Assembly: GCA_963749155.1 (NCBI GenBank)
Contig: CAVVLO010000002.1
Span: 1,024,001-1,088,000 of the forward strand
Source: an uncultured Armatimonadia bacterium
Lineage (GTDB): Bacteria; Armatimonadota; Zipacnadia; CAVVLO01
Direction: 5' to 3'
Length of the DNA: 64,000 nt
Numbering within the stretch: position 1 is the first letter of the stretch; each line of letters begins with the position of its first letter. A model generated the notes under the pieces. It was not told the DNA's origin and ran no database searches. It saw nothing but the letters and a program-made list of their open reading frames with translations. Shown here one piece after another: positions 19,179 through 29,800 of this stretch. The position numbers and the translations under genes were made by a program.

Positions 19179-21761
19179 CTAGTTCACAGTAATAATACGG
19201 CTGGCGTTGAAACGCTGACCATCAGCCGTCTCGGCGACGAGTTCGAGTTGATACGGACCGGTAGGTACCTGGCGACCAGACTGATCAAGGCCGTCCCAGA
19301 TCAGGGTGTTGCCACCCTGGTCGGCGCCAGCGGAGCTTGTTACGGTCCGGACAACGCTACCTGCCAGGTTGCGCACAGTTAAGGTTACCTGGGCAGGTTC
19401 GCCCAGTGTGAAGTCTATGCTGTATCCGCCCGCCTTGGAGGGCGCGCATACCAGCGCAGTAACGAGCGCAGCGGACTGAGCCCTGGGCTCGGCGATAATC
19501 GTGAAGCTGCGAGCCACACCGCGCGCTGGAGCTGTATAGCTATAGTTGCTGCTGGTGCGCATAAAGGTACGCTGGCCAGTCGCTTCATCCACCATTACAA
19601 GCTGCATGTCGCGCGGGATACTCGAAAGGTCGGACCAGCTCAATGTGACGTCGCCAGTCTCTTCGCCAGCTTCTACAACGAAGTTCCAGATGATACGAGG
19701 CGCTGAATCCTGCCTGATGTCAGAGGCAAGAGCCAGTCCGCCATCATCGAAATAGGCGCGCAGCATATCGCTGCCAGGCCCGCGTGGCGCCTCGTCTACA
19801 TCACAGAGGCTGTAACCCTGGAAGTCCTGCTCGGAAACACCCAGGAAGTTTTCCACATCGGCCCTGCCAGCCGTACGGACGGCAATCTGGGCCTGCCAGG
19901 TTGGCTTTACAGGTTCTTCCTCGGCCCGGCGAATGAGTGCGGCCTCGGTGAACCTCAACCTGACGTCCGACTTGAGCGCGCGGACCCAATAACCAGCCCA
20001 TGGGGCCAGTTTCGCGCCATCTTCCTGAGACCAGCCAAACTCATACTGGCCAGTCAGGGGGTTGATCTCATCCTGAGCCCACCTGTAGAAGACATTCTTT
20101 ATCCAACCGCGCTGAGCGGCTTCCTGAAGGCTGACTTCCAGATCCTCGTCTCCAACAAGGCGAACCGCGGTTATCCCATCAAGCGATGTGCCCCGTGGGA
20201 AAGGCGACCCAACAATATTCCAGCCGTTCCCGAGCGCAAGCTCGTAATCAAAGGGCGAGAACACGGTGGAAGTGCCAGCCAGTGCCACGTTGGTCGGGCC
20301 AAAGAGCTTGAGCCAATAACCGCGCCCAGGCTCCAGGTTGAAAGCCGTGGTTGGGTAGTTGGTATAGGCGCCAGCTTCAGGATCGTATCGGTAGAGCAAG
20401 GGCTCGAAACCCATCGCTGTGGCCGCATCTGCCGGAGTGCAGCGGAAGGGGAAGGAGACCATAAGGACGCCGCCAGGCAGCTCTTCGCGAGGAGTGGCTG
20501 GCAACTGGATCATTCGGCTGAGGCTCTTGGCGCCAGGAGGCGCGCAACTCGAGATAACTCGTATCTCTTGCTCTCCGCTGTATCCGGCCTTTGGCTTTAC
20601 GCGCCAGTTAACTGTCTGTTCTCTACGAGCGATTATGTTGTCAACAGGTTTGGTTGGTAGCTCACCAGCAACCAGCTCGAGGCTGTCGGGCAGTACGATA
20701 GTCATTGAGGCCGAAGTCAGTGTAGCTGTAGCCTGATTGGCGATAGCAGCATACACGCGGAAAGGATCGGGGCTCAGGTAACCATCTTCAGTTGCTGGAG
20801 TCGCAGGATTATCGCCACTGAAATAGCGCAGTCCGAGAGGACTGGAAACCGACAGGCAATAGTCGCCTTCGAAGTCGTTGTCGGAGAAACCTACTCCGTA
20901 ACGATAAGCGAACTCGATGCTTTTGCCAGCAGGCAGAAGCACGTTATCCCACCACAGCGCTACCGCGCTGTCGAAAACGATTGGCATTCCAGTGGTGGTA
21001 TAGTCGAAATCCGTTGCCGAGATGAGCGGCCAGGCGGCCACAACAAACTTGCTGGGGCGTTGGTATCCGTCCATACGGACAGTGCCAGCGGCCATCACAG
21101 CAGGATAATCCGCATTGTCATAAGCTAGATAGGAATCAGGTACTCTGCTTCCTGTCCAGGTATATTCCTCGGTAAAGATGCCTTCGCCCAGGACTTTGAT
21201 AGGCGCGCCATCGTTTACCCCGAGTTGGGTGTCCAGCATCTGCCTGAGCCCGATTGTCTGCGAGGTATCGCCCTCGTTAGTGACCGTGAACTTGCAGAAC
21301 ACGGCATCGTGGATCAGGTAGAGATCCTGCTGCACTGTTATCGGGATCGCTTCATCGCCGGTACCGTAGACGCAGCTAAATTGATTGCTGGCTACCTGCG
21401 CGGGCGTCGTGACGAACTCGGTATCTTCACCCAGCACGAAATCGCTGGGATCATCATCGCTACCGAGCCCAGGATACACGCGCAGGGTTGCGAAAGAGGT
21501 GCCTTCGCCCGGATAGGTCAGCGCGAGGCTGGAATCCGAAGCGATAGCTGGATCGCCGCCAGTCGTGTAGAGAACCCACTGACCGGTCTCATCGTCCAGG
21601 GCAACCTCGATGTAGGGGTTGGTCACCGTCAGTGTAGCCCTGGTTAAAGCCGCACCCTTCTCTCTGGCGAAGGCGAAGCCCGCCAGTCCAAGCAGCAAGC
21701 AGTATGCAAGCGAAAAAGCCGTCAACACAAGCAGCCTTCTCGACGAGCGCAAAGCCGTCAT
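19179..21761 (-). CDS. Secreted protein with the shared C-terminal module and FlgD-Ig/CTD-like domain
   Basis: Signal peptide ending AFA; IGLRQMLDTQLGVNDGAP domain; C-terminal IWDGLDQSGRQVPTGPY; start 21761 after AAGGGGG. Confidence 0.75.
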   Translation of the reverse strand: MTALRSSRRLLVLTAFSLAYCLLLGLAGFAFAREKGAALTRATLTVTNPYIEVALDDETGQWVLYTTGGDPAIASDSSLALTYPGEGTSFATLRVYPGLGSDDDPSDFVLGEDTEFVTTPAQVASNQFSCVYGTGDEAIPITVQQDLYLIHDAVFCKFTVTNEGDTSQTIGLRQMLDTQLGVNDGAPIKVLGEGIFTEEYTWTGSRVPDSYLAYDNADYPAVMAAGTVRMDGYQRPSKFVVAAWPLISATDFDYTTTGMPIVFDSAVALWWDNVLLPAGKSIEFAYRYGVGFSDNDFEGDYCLSVSSPLGLRYFSGDNPATPATEDGYLSPDPFRVYAAIANQATATLTSASMTIVLPDSLELVAGELPTKPVDNIIARREQTVNWRVKPKAGYSGEQEIRVISSCAPPGAKSLSRMIQLPATPREELPGGVLMVSFPFRCTPADAATAMGFEPLLYRYDPEAGAYTNYPTTAFNLEPGRGYWLKLFGPTNVALAGTSTVFSPFDYELALGNGWNIVGSPFPRGTSLDGITAVRLVGDEDLEVSLQEAAQRGWIKNVFYRWAQDEINPLTGQYEFGWSQEDGAKLAPWAGYWVRALKSDVRLRFTEAALIRRAEEEPVKPTWQAQIAVRTAGRADVENFLGVSEQDFQGYSLCDVDEAPRGPGSDMLRAYFDDGGLALASDIRQDSAPRIIWNFVVEAGEETGDVTLSWSDLSSIPRDMQLVMVDEATGQRTFMRTSSNYSYTAPARGVARSFTIIAEPRAQSAALVTALVCAPSKAGGYSIDFTLGEPAQVTLTVRNLAGSVVRTVTSSAGADQGGNTLIWDGLDQSGRQVPTGPYQLELVAETADGQRFNASRIITVN

Positions 21762-21824
21762 CGGATGTTCCCCCTTGGCATCTCCAACTGGCGCATAACC
21801 GCAGGTCAAAGCGACCAATAGCCG

Positions 21825-24786
21825 CTATTTTAGAACGACGAAGGTCCGTGAAGCTCTTACCACACGACCTTCAGCGTCGACCGCCTGCACCTCTACAGCG
21901 TAGGTGCCATTGCTGACAGGTCGGCCGGCTTCATCGAGGCCGGTCCAGACCAGTTCGTTGTGGCCCTGCGCCATAAGCTGGCCGGTAGCCACTTGCTTGA
22001 TGAGCGAGCCGGCCAGGTTGTAGACCTTTACTGTTACATAAGCGTCGGACGACAGATCGAACACAAGAGACGCGCTACCCTTGGTATCCGCAGTATCGGC
22101 AGCCAGGCCTGTAACGGCCAGGGCGCCTTCCTGCCTGGGTTGCATTACGAGACTGAAGTTACTCTCAGCAGCAGCCGCTGTGAAGGTGTAAGCGCCACTG
22201 GTGCGCATTGCCCGGCGCGCCCCAGTCTGTTGATCGATAAGTACCAGATCAACCTCACGCGGCACACTGGCCAGATCGGGCCAGCTAACAGTTACCTGCT
22301 CGCCCTGTCCAGCAGAAGCGACTGTAAACAGCCACTCCTTGGTAAGGCCGGCTGCGCTCTTGATATCCTGCGCGAAGCTGCCCGAGCGTGTCAGGTCGGT
22401 GAAAGCAAGTCCCAGACCGAGTGGACTCATTGGCGGCTCGTAGACATCGAGGTCATCGGAACCATCCAGTGCTCCTGCAGCTACACCAAAGTAGTTGCTG
22501 CGGTCGATAGCCTGCTCGGTACTAACCATCAGCTGAGCCTTCCAGCCCTCGAATTCCTCGAGACCTGGCAAAGAGCGACCCGACGGAGCGGGCAGCACCA
22601 TCAGCTTGCATGGCTTCAATACGCGCACCCAGTAACCGAGCCATGGCCTCAGCACGCCATCTGGAGCGGTATCCCAGTCATAGCCTGAACCTGGCTCATA
22701 CCAGTAGATAGTAGGCTTGATCCAGCCGGCCGCTGAAGCTTCTACAACACTCTTGATCTCCGTATTCCGTTGTACCAGCACAGTACCCCAGTCAACCGCG
22801 AAGTTGAAAGGACAAGCGATCATATGCCAGCCAACGACCAGATCGCCGCCGCTTCCATCATCAATCGTGAAGGAAGCAGGTGCAACCTGTGCGCCTTCGA
22901 TATTTGCGAGGGCAGGTCCTGCCCGGCGTACCCACAGGCCCATACCCGGCAGCACGTGGTCGACGCTGAAGTCGTATTCAACTCCGCCCGAATCCCACCT
23001 TACCGTCCAGTCTGGTCCGGCAAACACATAAGCCGGCGCATCGAAGGACGGCTCGATGTCATAAGGCACTCCAAGCAGTTGCAAGCCATCATCGATGGTC
23101 TTGAACTCAAGCTCGAAGGTTGTATCGTCACTGTCGGTCGTATCGTTCTCGTCCTTGGCCGTAACCTCGATCGTATGCAAGCCAGGGACCAGGGTGCTGA
23201 TATCCATAACATGATCAAGCAAACCATTAACAAGGCTGGCAGTGATGTCCACTTCTGGATCATCATCGAGCTTAAGCAACACTTCAGTAATGGTCGAAGT
23301 ACCCTCAGGGATCAAAGCGATGGAACCGTAGACTCTCAGCCTGCGACCTGACAGCACTTCGTCTTCCGAGGGCGAAAGCAAGGTGACGCGAACGAGTGGA
23401 TCTACGCCAACCTGGGCATCGAAAGTCATCTCACTGCCTGAAGCCGAGATGTTACTGACAGCGACGTTGCTATCTACGTCGCCTTGCAGATCAGTATTTG
23501 GGGTAGTGGTGCCATCGATTTCAGTGGCTCCAGCGGGATACAAGTCCGTCCCATCGCCCCAGTTACCGGCTGCATAATCATAGAGATCGCCAGCTCCATC
23601 AGCCTGAAGCAGATCAACGCCATACCAGGTGGGATCGGCGTTCACGTTGTTAAGGCCATTAGAGTAGTTATACTGCACAAGGCCCTGATCTACCCGGTAG
23701 ATGGCAAGTCCATCACCCGGCAGATAGGTGTCGAAGCCAACCCGCTGGCGGTTCTCCAGCAAGAAGAAGACATCGGACAACTCGTCGCCATTCGGGAAGA
23801 GGGTGACGATTTCTTTGCTGGTCTCGGCTCGATTGATTTCTACATCCGTGGCGTTGGCCAGGATCTGAGTCTCACGAACCCAGCCCAGCAGGCGTCTGTT
23901 GTAGCCATCAATCATACTGGGCACTGTGCCATCCAAAGTGGGGCCGTTCCAGGAGCCTGCACCCATAAGCGACCAGAGACCCAAACCGAAACCCTGGTAG
24001 GAGACATCATACATATCCAGCAGGCCCAGGTTGTGACCCAGCTCGTGAGCGAAGGCGCCTGTCTTCTCATTTTCGCCACCGAACATAAACCAGTCAATCT
24101 TTACGCCGTCGACCTCGATAGGCTCCAGGCCGAATACATCACTAAGGGTAGCGTAAAAGGTGGCGAAATCCGCAGAACTGCCGGTTTCCTGCCAGGTGTC
24201 TCCGGCGGCAACAACCCAAACGGCATCTACATAGCCATCGCCATTGGCGTCAAAGTCGGAGAAGTCCAGTTCATCATCGGCAATCAGTACAGCTTCCTTC
24301 AGGACTGTGGCACAGTTAGGCTCGCTGGCGGCGACCCCTCCCACTCCCTGAGTGTAATAGGACCTGTTGCGATCCAGCTCATACCAGCCGCCTACTTCGC
24401 CGGTGATGGTAAGAGGCGACACGCCAGGCACATCACTGGAAGCGGCTATATAGAAGCTATGAACGCTGTTTGGATTAGCCGGATTGAAAACAATATTGTC
24501 AAAAGTTGCTAACGTATGCGCCGCATCGTGCTTCACATCATTGAAATCAACAAGCAACACAACTCCCCTGTAAGGTCCTTCTACAGGCGGAGTCGGCTTG
24601 ATGACCGGATGCCCAGGCTCTTCGCCGGCACGCGAGCGCTCGACCAGACCCTTATAAAGCTGCACCATCTGCGGATCTGGATCGACTCCCGGCTTGAACT
24701 GGTAGCGCGATGGCCAGGGTAGCCATCGCCATCACAGCCATCAGTATAAGGAAAATTGCCAGGCTTCTGTAAGCGCGCGATTCCAT
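21825..24786 (-). CDS. M6 family (immune inhibitor A-like) zinc metalloprotease with the shared C-terminal module; one extra base near 24689
   Basis: VLLVDFND, DFSDFDANGDGYVD, FAHELGHNLGLLDMYD, WSLMGAGSW, FLLENRQ; the signal peptide MESRAYRSLAIF...PVQA is in a different frame and starts at 24786. Confidence 0.88.
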
Positions 24787-24810
24787 CTGAACCCCCTAGT
24801 CCCAACTACT

Positions 24811-24835
24811 CCGGACAGGTGTGCGCCGGACAGGT
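24811..24835. repeat. 10-bp direct repeat CCGGACAGGT x2 (5-bp spacer) upstream of the M6 protease
   Basis: Copies at 24811-24820 and 24826-24835. Confidence 0.8.
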
Positions 24836-24856
24836 TCGATACTAGCTAACAGCACT

Positions 24857-24888
24857 CCGGGGAGAAGGCCGGAAGACCCTCTCCCCGG
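24857..24888. terminator. Intergenic hairpin
   Basis: ccggggaga-aggccggaagaccc-tctccccgg. Confidence 0.55.
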
Positions 24889-24903
24889 CATTAGTCAAGT
24901 CGT

Positions 24904-26751
24904 TTACGGAGGATCTGGCGGGCCCTCAGCGGGCTCGAACTGCCAGACTTCGCTCCATACATAACCTTCGTCTTCAAGCCTGCCAGTCGAGCTGATAGGC
25001 CTTACTTCATCGTTGGAATTGCGCGCTCCGACCCTCCAGAAGAGGTTAGTGTCGGACGGCAGGCTGTCGAATACAGCCTCGATGTTGTAGATACCAGTCA
25101 TCGGAGTACCACCGGACAGATACTCGGTACGCTCAGAACTGGTCCAGGTCTCGTCGCTATCGAACTCGCCACTTGTGGATACTTGAACAATGTAGCGATT
25201 CGCTCCATCCACTGCGTCCCATTCAGGCTCGAAGGCTGCAAGATCGACACCTTGCGACTGATTATCGGGAGCGACCAGCGGTATCGGTTCAAGTGGCGTA
25301 GCGGGGCCACACTGGGTGGGCTCGCCGCGCTGGACAGTCGAGGTCTGAGTGATCTCTTCGCCCGACGTCTGCTGCTGTACCCGGATGATTACACGCAGCA
25401 CCTTGTAGTAGTAGCTGGTGCCCACCGAAGGAGGCGTATGGAAGAAGCTTGCCTCATAGGTGTTGTTGCTGCCGGAACCGACAGAGATGGTAGCAGTGTC
25501 GCCTGGATCGCCCACAGACCAGTCATAGCTGCCATCGTCGGCGGCGGTAAAGGTCACGGTGTTCCCATAGAAATTAGGCCTGTCAACCCAGGTCAGCGCG
25601 CCGCCATCATAGATGACGTCGACCAAGGTTTCGGCGCTAACATTGAAGTCGCGATACTGGCTCCTGTGTATCTCGTAACCTGCCACGTAACTGCCCGCAG
25701 TGGTAGGATGGGTATAGGGATTGCTGCTGCGATCCCATACCAGGCGGGTAGCATAACCGTCACTTGTGGCTGCAGCTTCGAGGTCTGAAACCTCGGCCGT
25801 ATCTGCACCACCACTACTCGAGATGGACAGCAGTCCAGCTACGATTGCAAGACCAAGCAGCCAGTTAACGTGCTTCTTCTTCTTCTTTTTACTTTCGGCA
25901 GCCTTCACGGTCTTGGTAGGCGTGTAGATTGCGATTGCCCTGTCCCGGGCCTTGATGCCTTCAGGGGCCTTTATGGCCTGACCGGTGGCGCTTATGGGAT
26001 CAGTGGCAATGATCTTGATACGCCCAACGTTCTCCCGCACGAGTTCCTGACGATCTGGATACCAGACGTCACGCAGGAGGACCATCAGCATACCTTCCTC
26101 GATGCCCTGGCGTGCGCCAGCGCTGAGGGAGATCTTGCCAGAGGCATCCTGCATCAGAACCTGAGCCTGAGCAGGTTTGTAAGTGGCCATCTGCGTGGCA
26201 ATGTGAGTGGCGGCTTCCGTCATCACATCGTCCATTAGCAGATCGGAAGCGCCCGTGAATCCGGGCTTGTCGACCGTAGCCGCTCCCGCGCCACCATTCA
26301 TATATTCGCCGATGGTAGTATCAAACAGTTGGCACTCCATTAACACGGCGGCGCTGGACTCGGTGAGTGCGGACGTTGAGATATCACCTATCACAACTCC
26401 CGCCAGGTCCAGTTCCTTCGCGAGTTCTACCCAGTTGAACTGGTTCAATGGGTAGGAGAGGCCTAACCGCTCCATCGCGCGCTGCATCTCTTCGCGTGAG
26501 ACTACCTCGAAAGTACCGGTAGCCTCCAACTGAACCGCGAGAGCGTCAGCAGCTTTACGGCCTAGCATTGCATCCTTGACTTCGCTATTGTTGTTGAAGT
26601 CAAGGACAGCGACCTGGGTGGCGACGCCAGCGGCCGTGGCAGGGCTGGTGGTAACCATTGCCAGGTTTGATAACACCACACCTGCAATGAAGCAGAGGAT
26701 CGTTAAGTGCGATAGCGCCTTGGCCGCCAGGCTTTTCCGGAAGCGCAGCAT
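24904..26751 (-). CDS. Exported multidomain protein: CsgG-like, FlgT-C-like and fibronectin-III-like domains
   Basis: VAVLDFNN...GRKAADALAVQL..TGTFEVVSREE; ISLSAGARQGIEEGM; poly-Lys plus hydrophobic segment; GYEIHRS...YYYKV. Confidence 0.55.
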   Translation of the reverse strand: MLRFRKSLAAKALSHLTILCFIAGVVLSNLAMVTTSPATAAGVATQVAVLDFNNNSEVKDAMLGRKAADALAVQLEATGTFEVVSREEMQRAMERLGLSYPLNQFNWVELAKELDLAGVVIGDISTSALTESSAAVLMECQLFDTTIGEYMNGGAGAATVDKPGFTGASDLLMDDVMTEAATHIATQMATYKPAQAQVLMQDASGKISLSAGARQGIEEGMLMVLLRDVWYPDRQELVRENVGRIKIIATDPISATGQAIKAPEGIKARDRAIAIYTPTKTVKAAESKKKKKKHVNWLLGLAIVAGLLSISSSGGADTAEVSDLEAAATSDGYATRLVWDRSSNPYTHPTTAGSYVAGYEIHRSQYRDFNVSAETLVDVIYDGGALTWVDRPNFYGNTVTFTAADDGSYDWSVGDPGDTATISVGSGSNNTYEASFFHTPPSVGTSYYYKVLRVIIRVQQQTSGEEITQTSTVQRGEPTQCGPATPLEPIPLVAPDNQSQGVDLAAFEPEWDAVDGANRYIVQVSTSGEFDSDETWTSSERTEYLSGGTPMTGIYNIEAVFDSLPSDTNLFWRVGARNSNDEVRPISSTGRLEDEGYVWSEVWQFEPAEGPPDPP

Positions 26752-26820
26752 TCGTTGTCCCTCCTGACACGTTGGGCTCGTGCTTGGCTGTTATTCAGGT
26801 TGTTTCCGCAATCGTTCAGC

Positions 26821-26851
26821 CGGACGGCCCAGTACTAGCCCGAGCCGTCCG
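26821..26851. terminator. Intergenic hairpin
   Basis: cggacggc-N15-gccgtccg. Confidence 0.4.
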
Positions 26852-26864
26852 GGTTCATCCCATT

Positions 26865-29800
26865 CTACCGCAACACTACCATCGTGCGGAACACAGTCAA
26901 AGTCTCCCCAGACTCACTGCTGGCTGTGACCTTTACGAGGTAGCTACCGTTGGGCAGCTCTCGCCCGCCGTTATCGGTACCGTCCCACGGTACCTCTACA
27001 GTTCCAGTCGCGTGCAGCATATCCTGCTCGAGGCTCTTAACCAGGGTTCCACCAAGATTATATATGGCGGTCGTAACATAAGCTTCCTGGCTCAGAGTAT
27101 ACCGAACGGTACCGGTTCCCTTTGTTGTGGCATCGGCCGCAAGGCCAGTTACCGCAAGCGCGCCGATAGCTTCCTTGGTCACGATAACCTGCAGCTGCTT
27201 CGTCTGGTCGCCGGCGCGACTTGCCACCGGGAAGGTGTAACTGCTGGCTGTCCTCATGAACACTGTCTTGCCTGTGTCGGGATCAACCAGGACTACCTTG
27301 TATTCGCGCGGTAGCGCGGACAAGTCGTTCCACGTGAGGGCGACTTGGCCGCCAGGCACGTTGGTTTGAACGGTCAGGTCATACACTTCGCGCACGGTGT
27401 CGGCAGCGCGGATATCCACGCCGAGGCCTTCTCCAGCGCGCACTGCTGCGCCCAGGCTGATGTCCACATACTGGACACTGGTCAGCGGAGCGGGCTTCAC
27501 GATGTCATAGAGATTATCAAGTGAGGCCGTAGCGTCCGTGGCGGCGCCTACTACAGCGCTTCCACCGGGCATACCGTTCACACTTGTCTCCAGCTCGAAG
27601 TTCCAGGCTGTCTCGAAAGGCAGACCGCCAGGCAGCTCCGCCGTGAGGCTTCTGACGGAACGCTTCGGCACCGAGATGCCAACCACGTTGGTGTTCTTCA
27701 CAAGCAGCCAGTAGCCCTTCCAGGCGGCCATCCCGCTTGCGAGCTCGTAAGTCGCGGTGGTGCCCTTCTGCATCCACAGGGCGCTGCCGATGTCGCCATC
27801 CGCCGCAGCCTGCATGATGGGCTTGGTGCCGCCGCCGCCGTAGCTAATGACCAGGTCGTACCAGCTAACTGGATTCGCGAAAGGCATACCGATCATATTC
27901 CAGCCCTCGCCCAGTGGCACGACATACGGGTCAGTCAGTATCTCCGTAGGTACTGCCTGCACGGAGACCCCTGCCTCGGACAGCATCCAATAACCTCTGC
28001 CTGGCAGGACACTTGTGATCTCCCCGGTTGGGAAGACATAGTCGTAGTCGAGAGAGGCCCTGTTCCAGTAGGCCAGGTTGCCAATTGTAATGTTGGTAAG
28101 CCCAAGTACCGACGCCGGTGTGTTCGGGGCGAAGGTGCCAGGCACCGACATCAGGAACAGACCAGAGGTCCAGGCGTAAGGCGGCTTCATTACGAAGTTG
28201 ATGCCGCTTGTAGTCAGGCCCGGAGCCACTGTGGCTGCGCGGTAGGTCGGGTCAGGCGTAAGTGCCCCACCCGGTACCGGGACAACCCAGTAGTCGCCAG
28301 ACTCAACATTAAGGAACTGGTAGTTGTATCCAGCATTGGTGTTGGTCGCGGTGCTGTAGAGGGCCGCGCCACCGCCGACAGGTTGCAATTCGACCGTCAC
28401 GCCACCGAGCGGAGCGCTTGTGGCCTCATCGGTCACAAGGCCGCGCAGGTTGCCAGGTGGCAGCTTCTCGAGTTCGAAGTCCTGCAGTGTGCCACCTGCC
28501 GGCGTGATTACTACGATAGCCGACTCGCTCGAGTAGCCAATCGCGCTTGCGATTGCGGTATAAGTCCCCGAAGGCACCTCGTCGAGGTAGGTCGGGATGG
28601 TGTCGTCATCGAACCAGAACGCATAACGGCCATCCGCCAGCGTCGTGGTATCGAGGTCATCGCTATCGATGTCCTTTATGATGTTGCCGGAGCCATCTTC
28701 GAGCCGGACACGCGCTCCAGCGATACCAACACCAGGGGCGTCATCGCCGGTAACCTCGCCATACATATGGCCAGGCTCGCCAGCCAGGACGAAGTCAATT
28801 CCCGTAGTGGTCTGCCCGGGATTGACTGTGACCGGGTTGTCCTCGTAATCCTGCGGACTGTAGCCAGTCGCCTCACAGCGACAGTTGTAATCCGCAGTTG
28901 GCAGGTCGGGTATGACATAGTTGCCGTTTACATCGGTGTAGGCATCACCCGTAACAGGCGTGCCGACCACCGTATCCTCAGTGGCTATGACATGCGCGCC
29001 GAAGACCGGGTTGCCCTGGTCGTCCTCGACGTGGCCGGAAATAGCTCCATTGGGCGCCTCGGTAAGCTGGGTGAAGGCCGCGCGCGTAATGCTGCCATCT
29101 TCCACCGTCGCGCCGTTGCTATGGTCAATTGTATAGCCAGCTTTGGTCGCATTGATGCCATAGTTGCCAGGTGGCAAGCCCTCAAACAGGTACTCGCCAT
29201 CGGCGCCTGTAATTGCATTGAAGGTACCGCCACCGCCGCCGATAGTCACGACTGCGCCCTCGAGCGGCGCCAGGCCGTTCTTCAGCACTACTCTACCTGA
29301 CAGCGAGCCAGTGCGCAGGAAGCCCGAGATGTTCTTGAGCAAGCGGCTACGCCTGTTATGGCTGATGATATGGCGGAAAGTCGTGTCGCCTACTGTGATG
29401 TCGATAGCCTGGTAATCGCGCCGGATGCCCTCCATGCCGAAGGAGGCAAAGACGGCGCGCCGGTTGGCCGAGTTCTGATAGGCCACCATACCCTGACCGC
29501 CACCGTTGAAGGTGAAGGCGGTCGTGGCATTGGCAGCCAGGTTGACCGCGTCTACCCAGCCCTGGTTCAAAGGCGCGTCGCCGCGCCCACCATTGGCGTC
29601 ATAGCCACCGCGCATTTGAAGCGTACTGTTGTGGTAGAGAGTATCGCCCGGACCGTCTGGGATGTTCATCCAGAAGCCGTTCGAGCCGCTCTCACCCAGG
29701 CTGTAGTTGGAAAGGGTGCCCCCTGCGCCGGTCAGTTGGTGCCTGGCCACCCAGTTGTCACCGGCCGTGTCACTGGCATAAGTGACGCCGAAGTAGTTGG

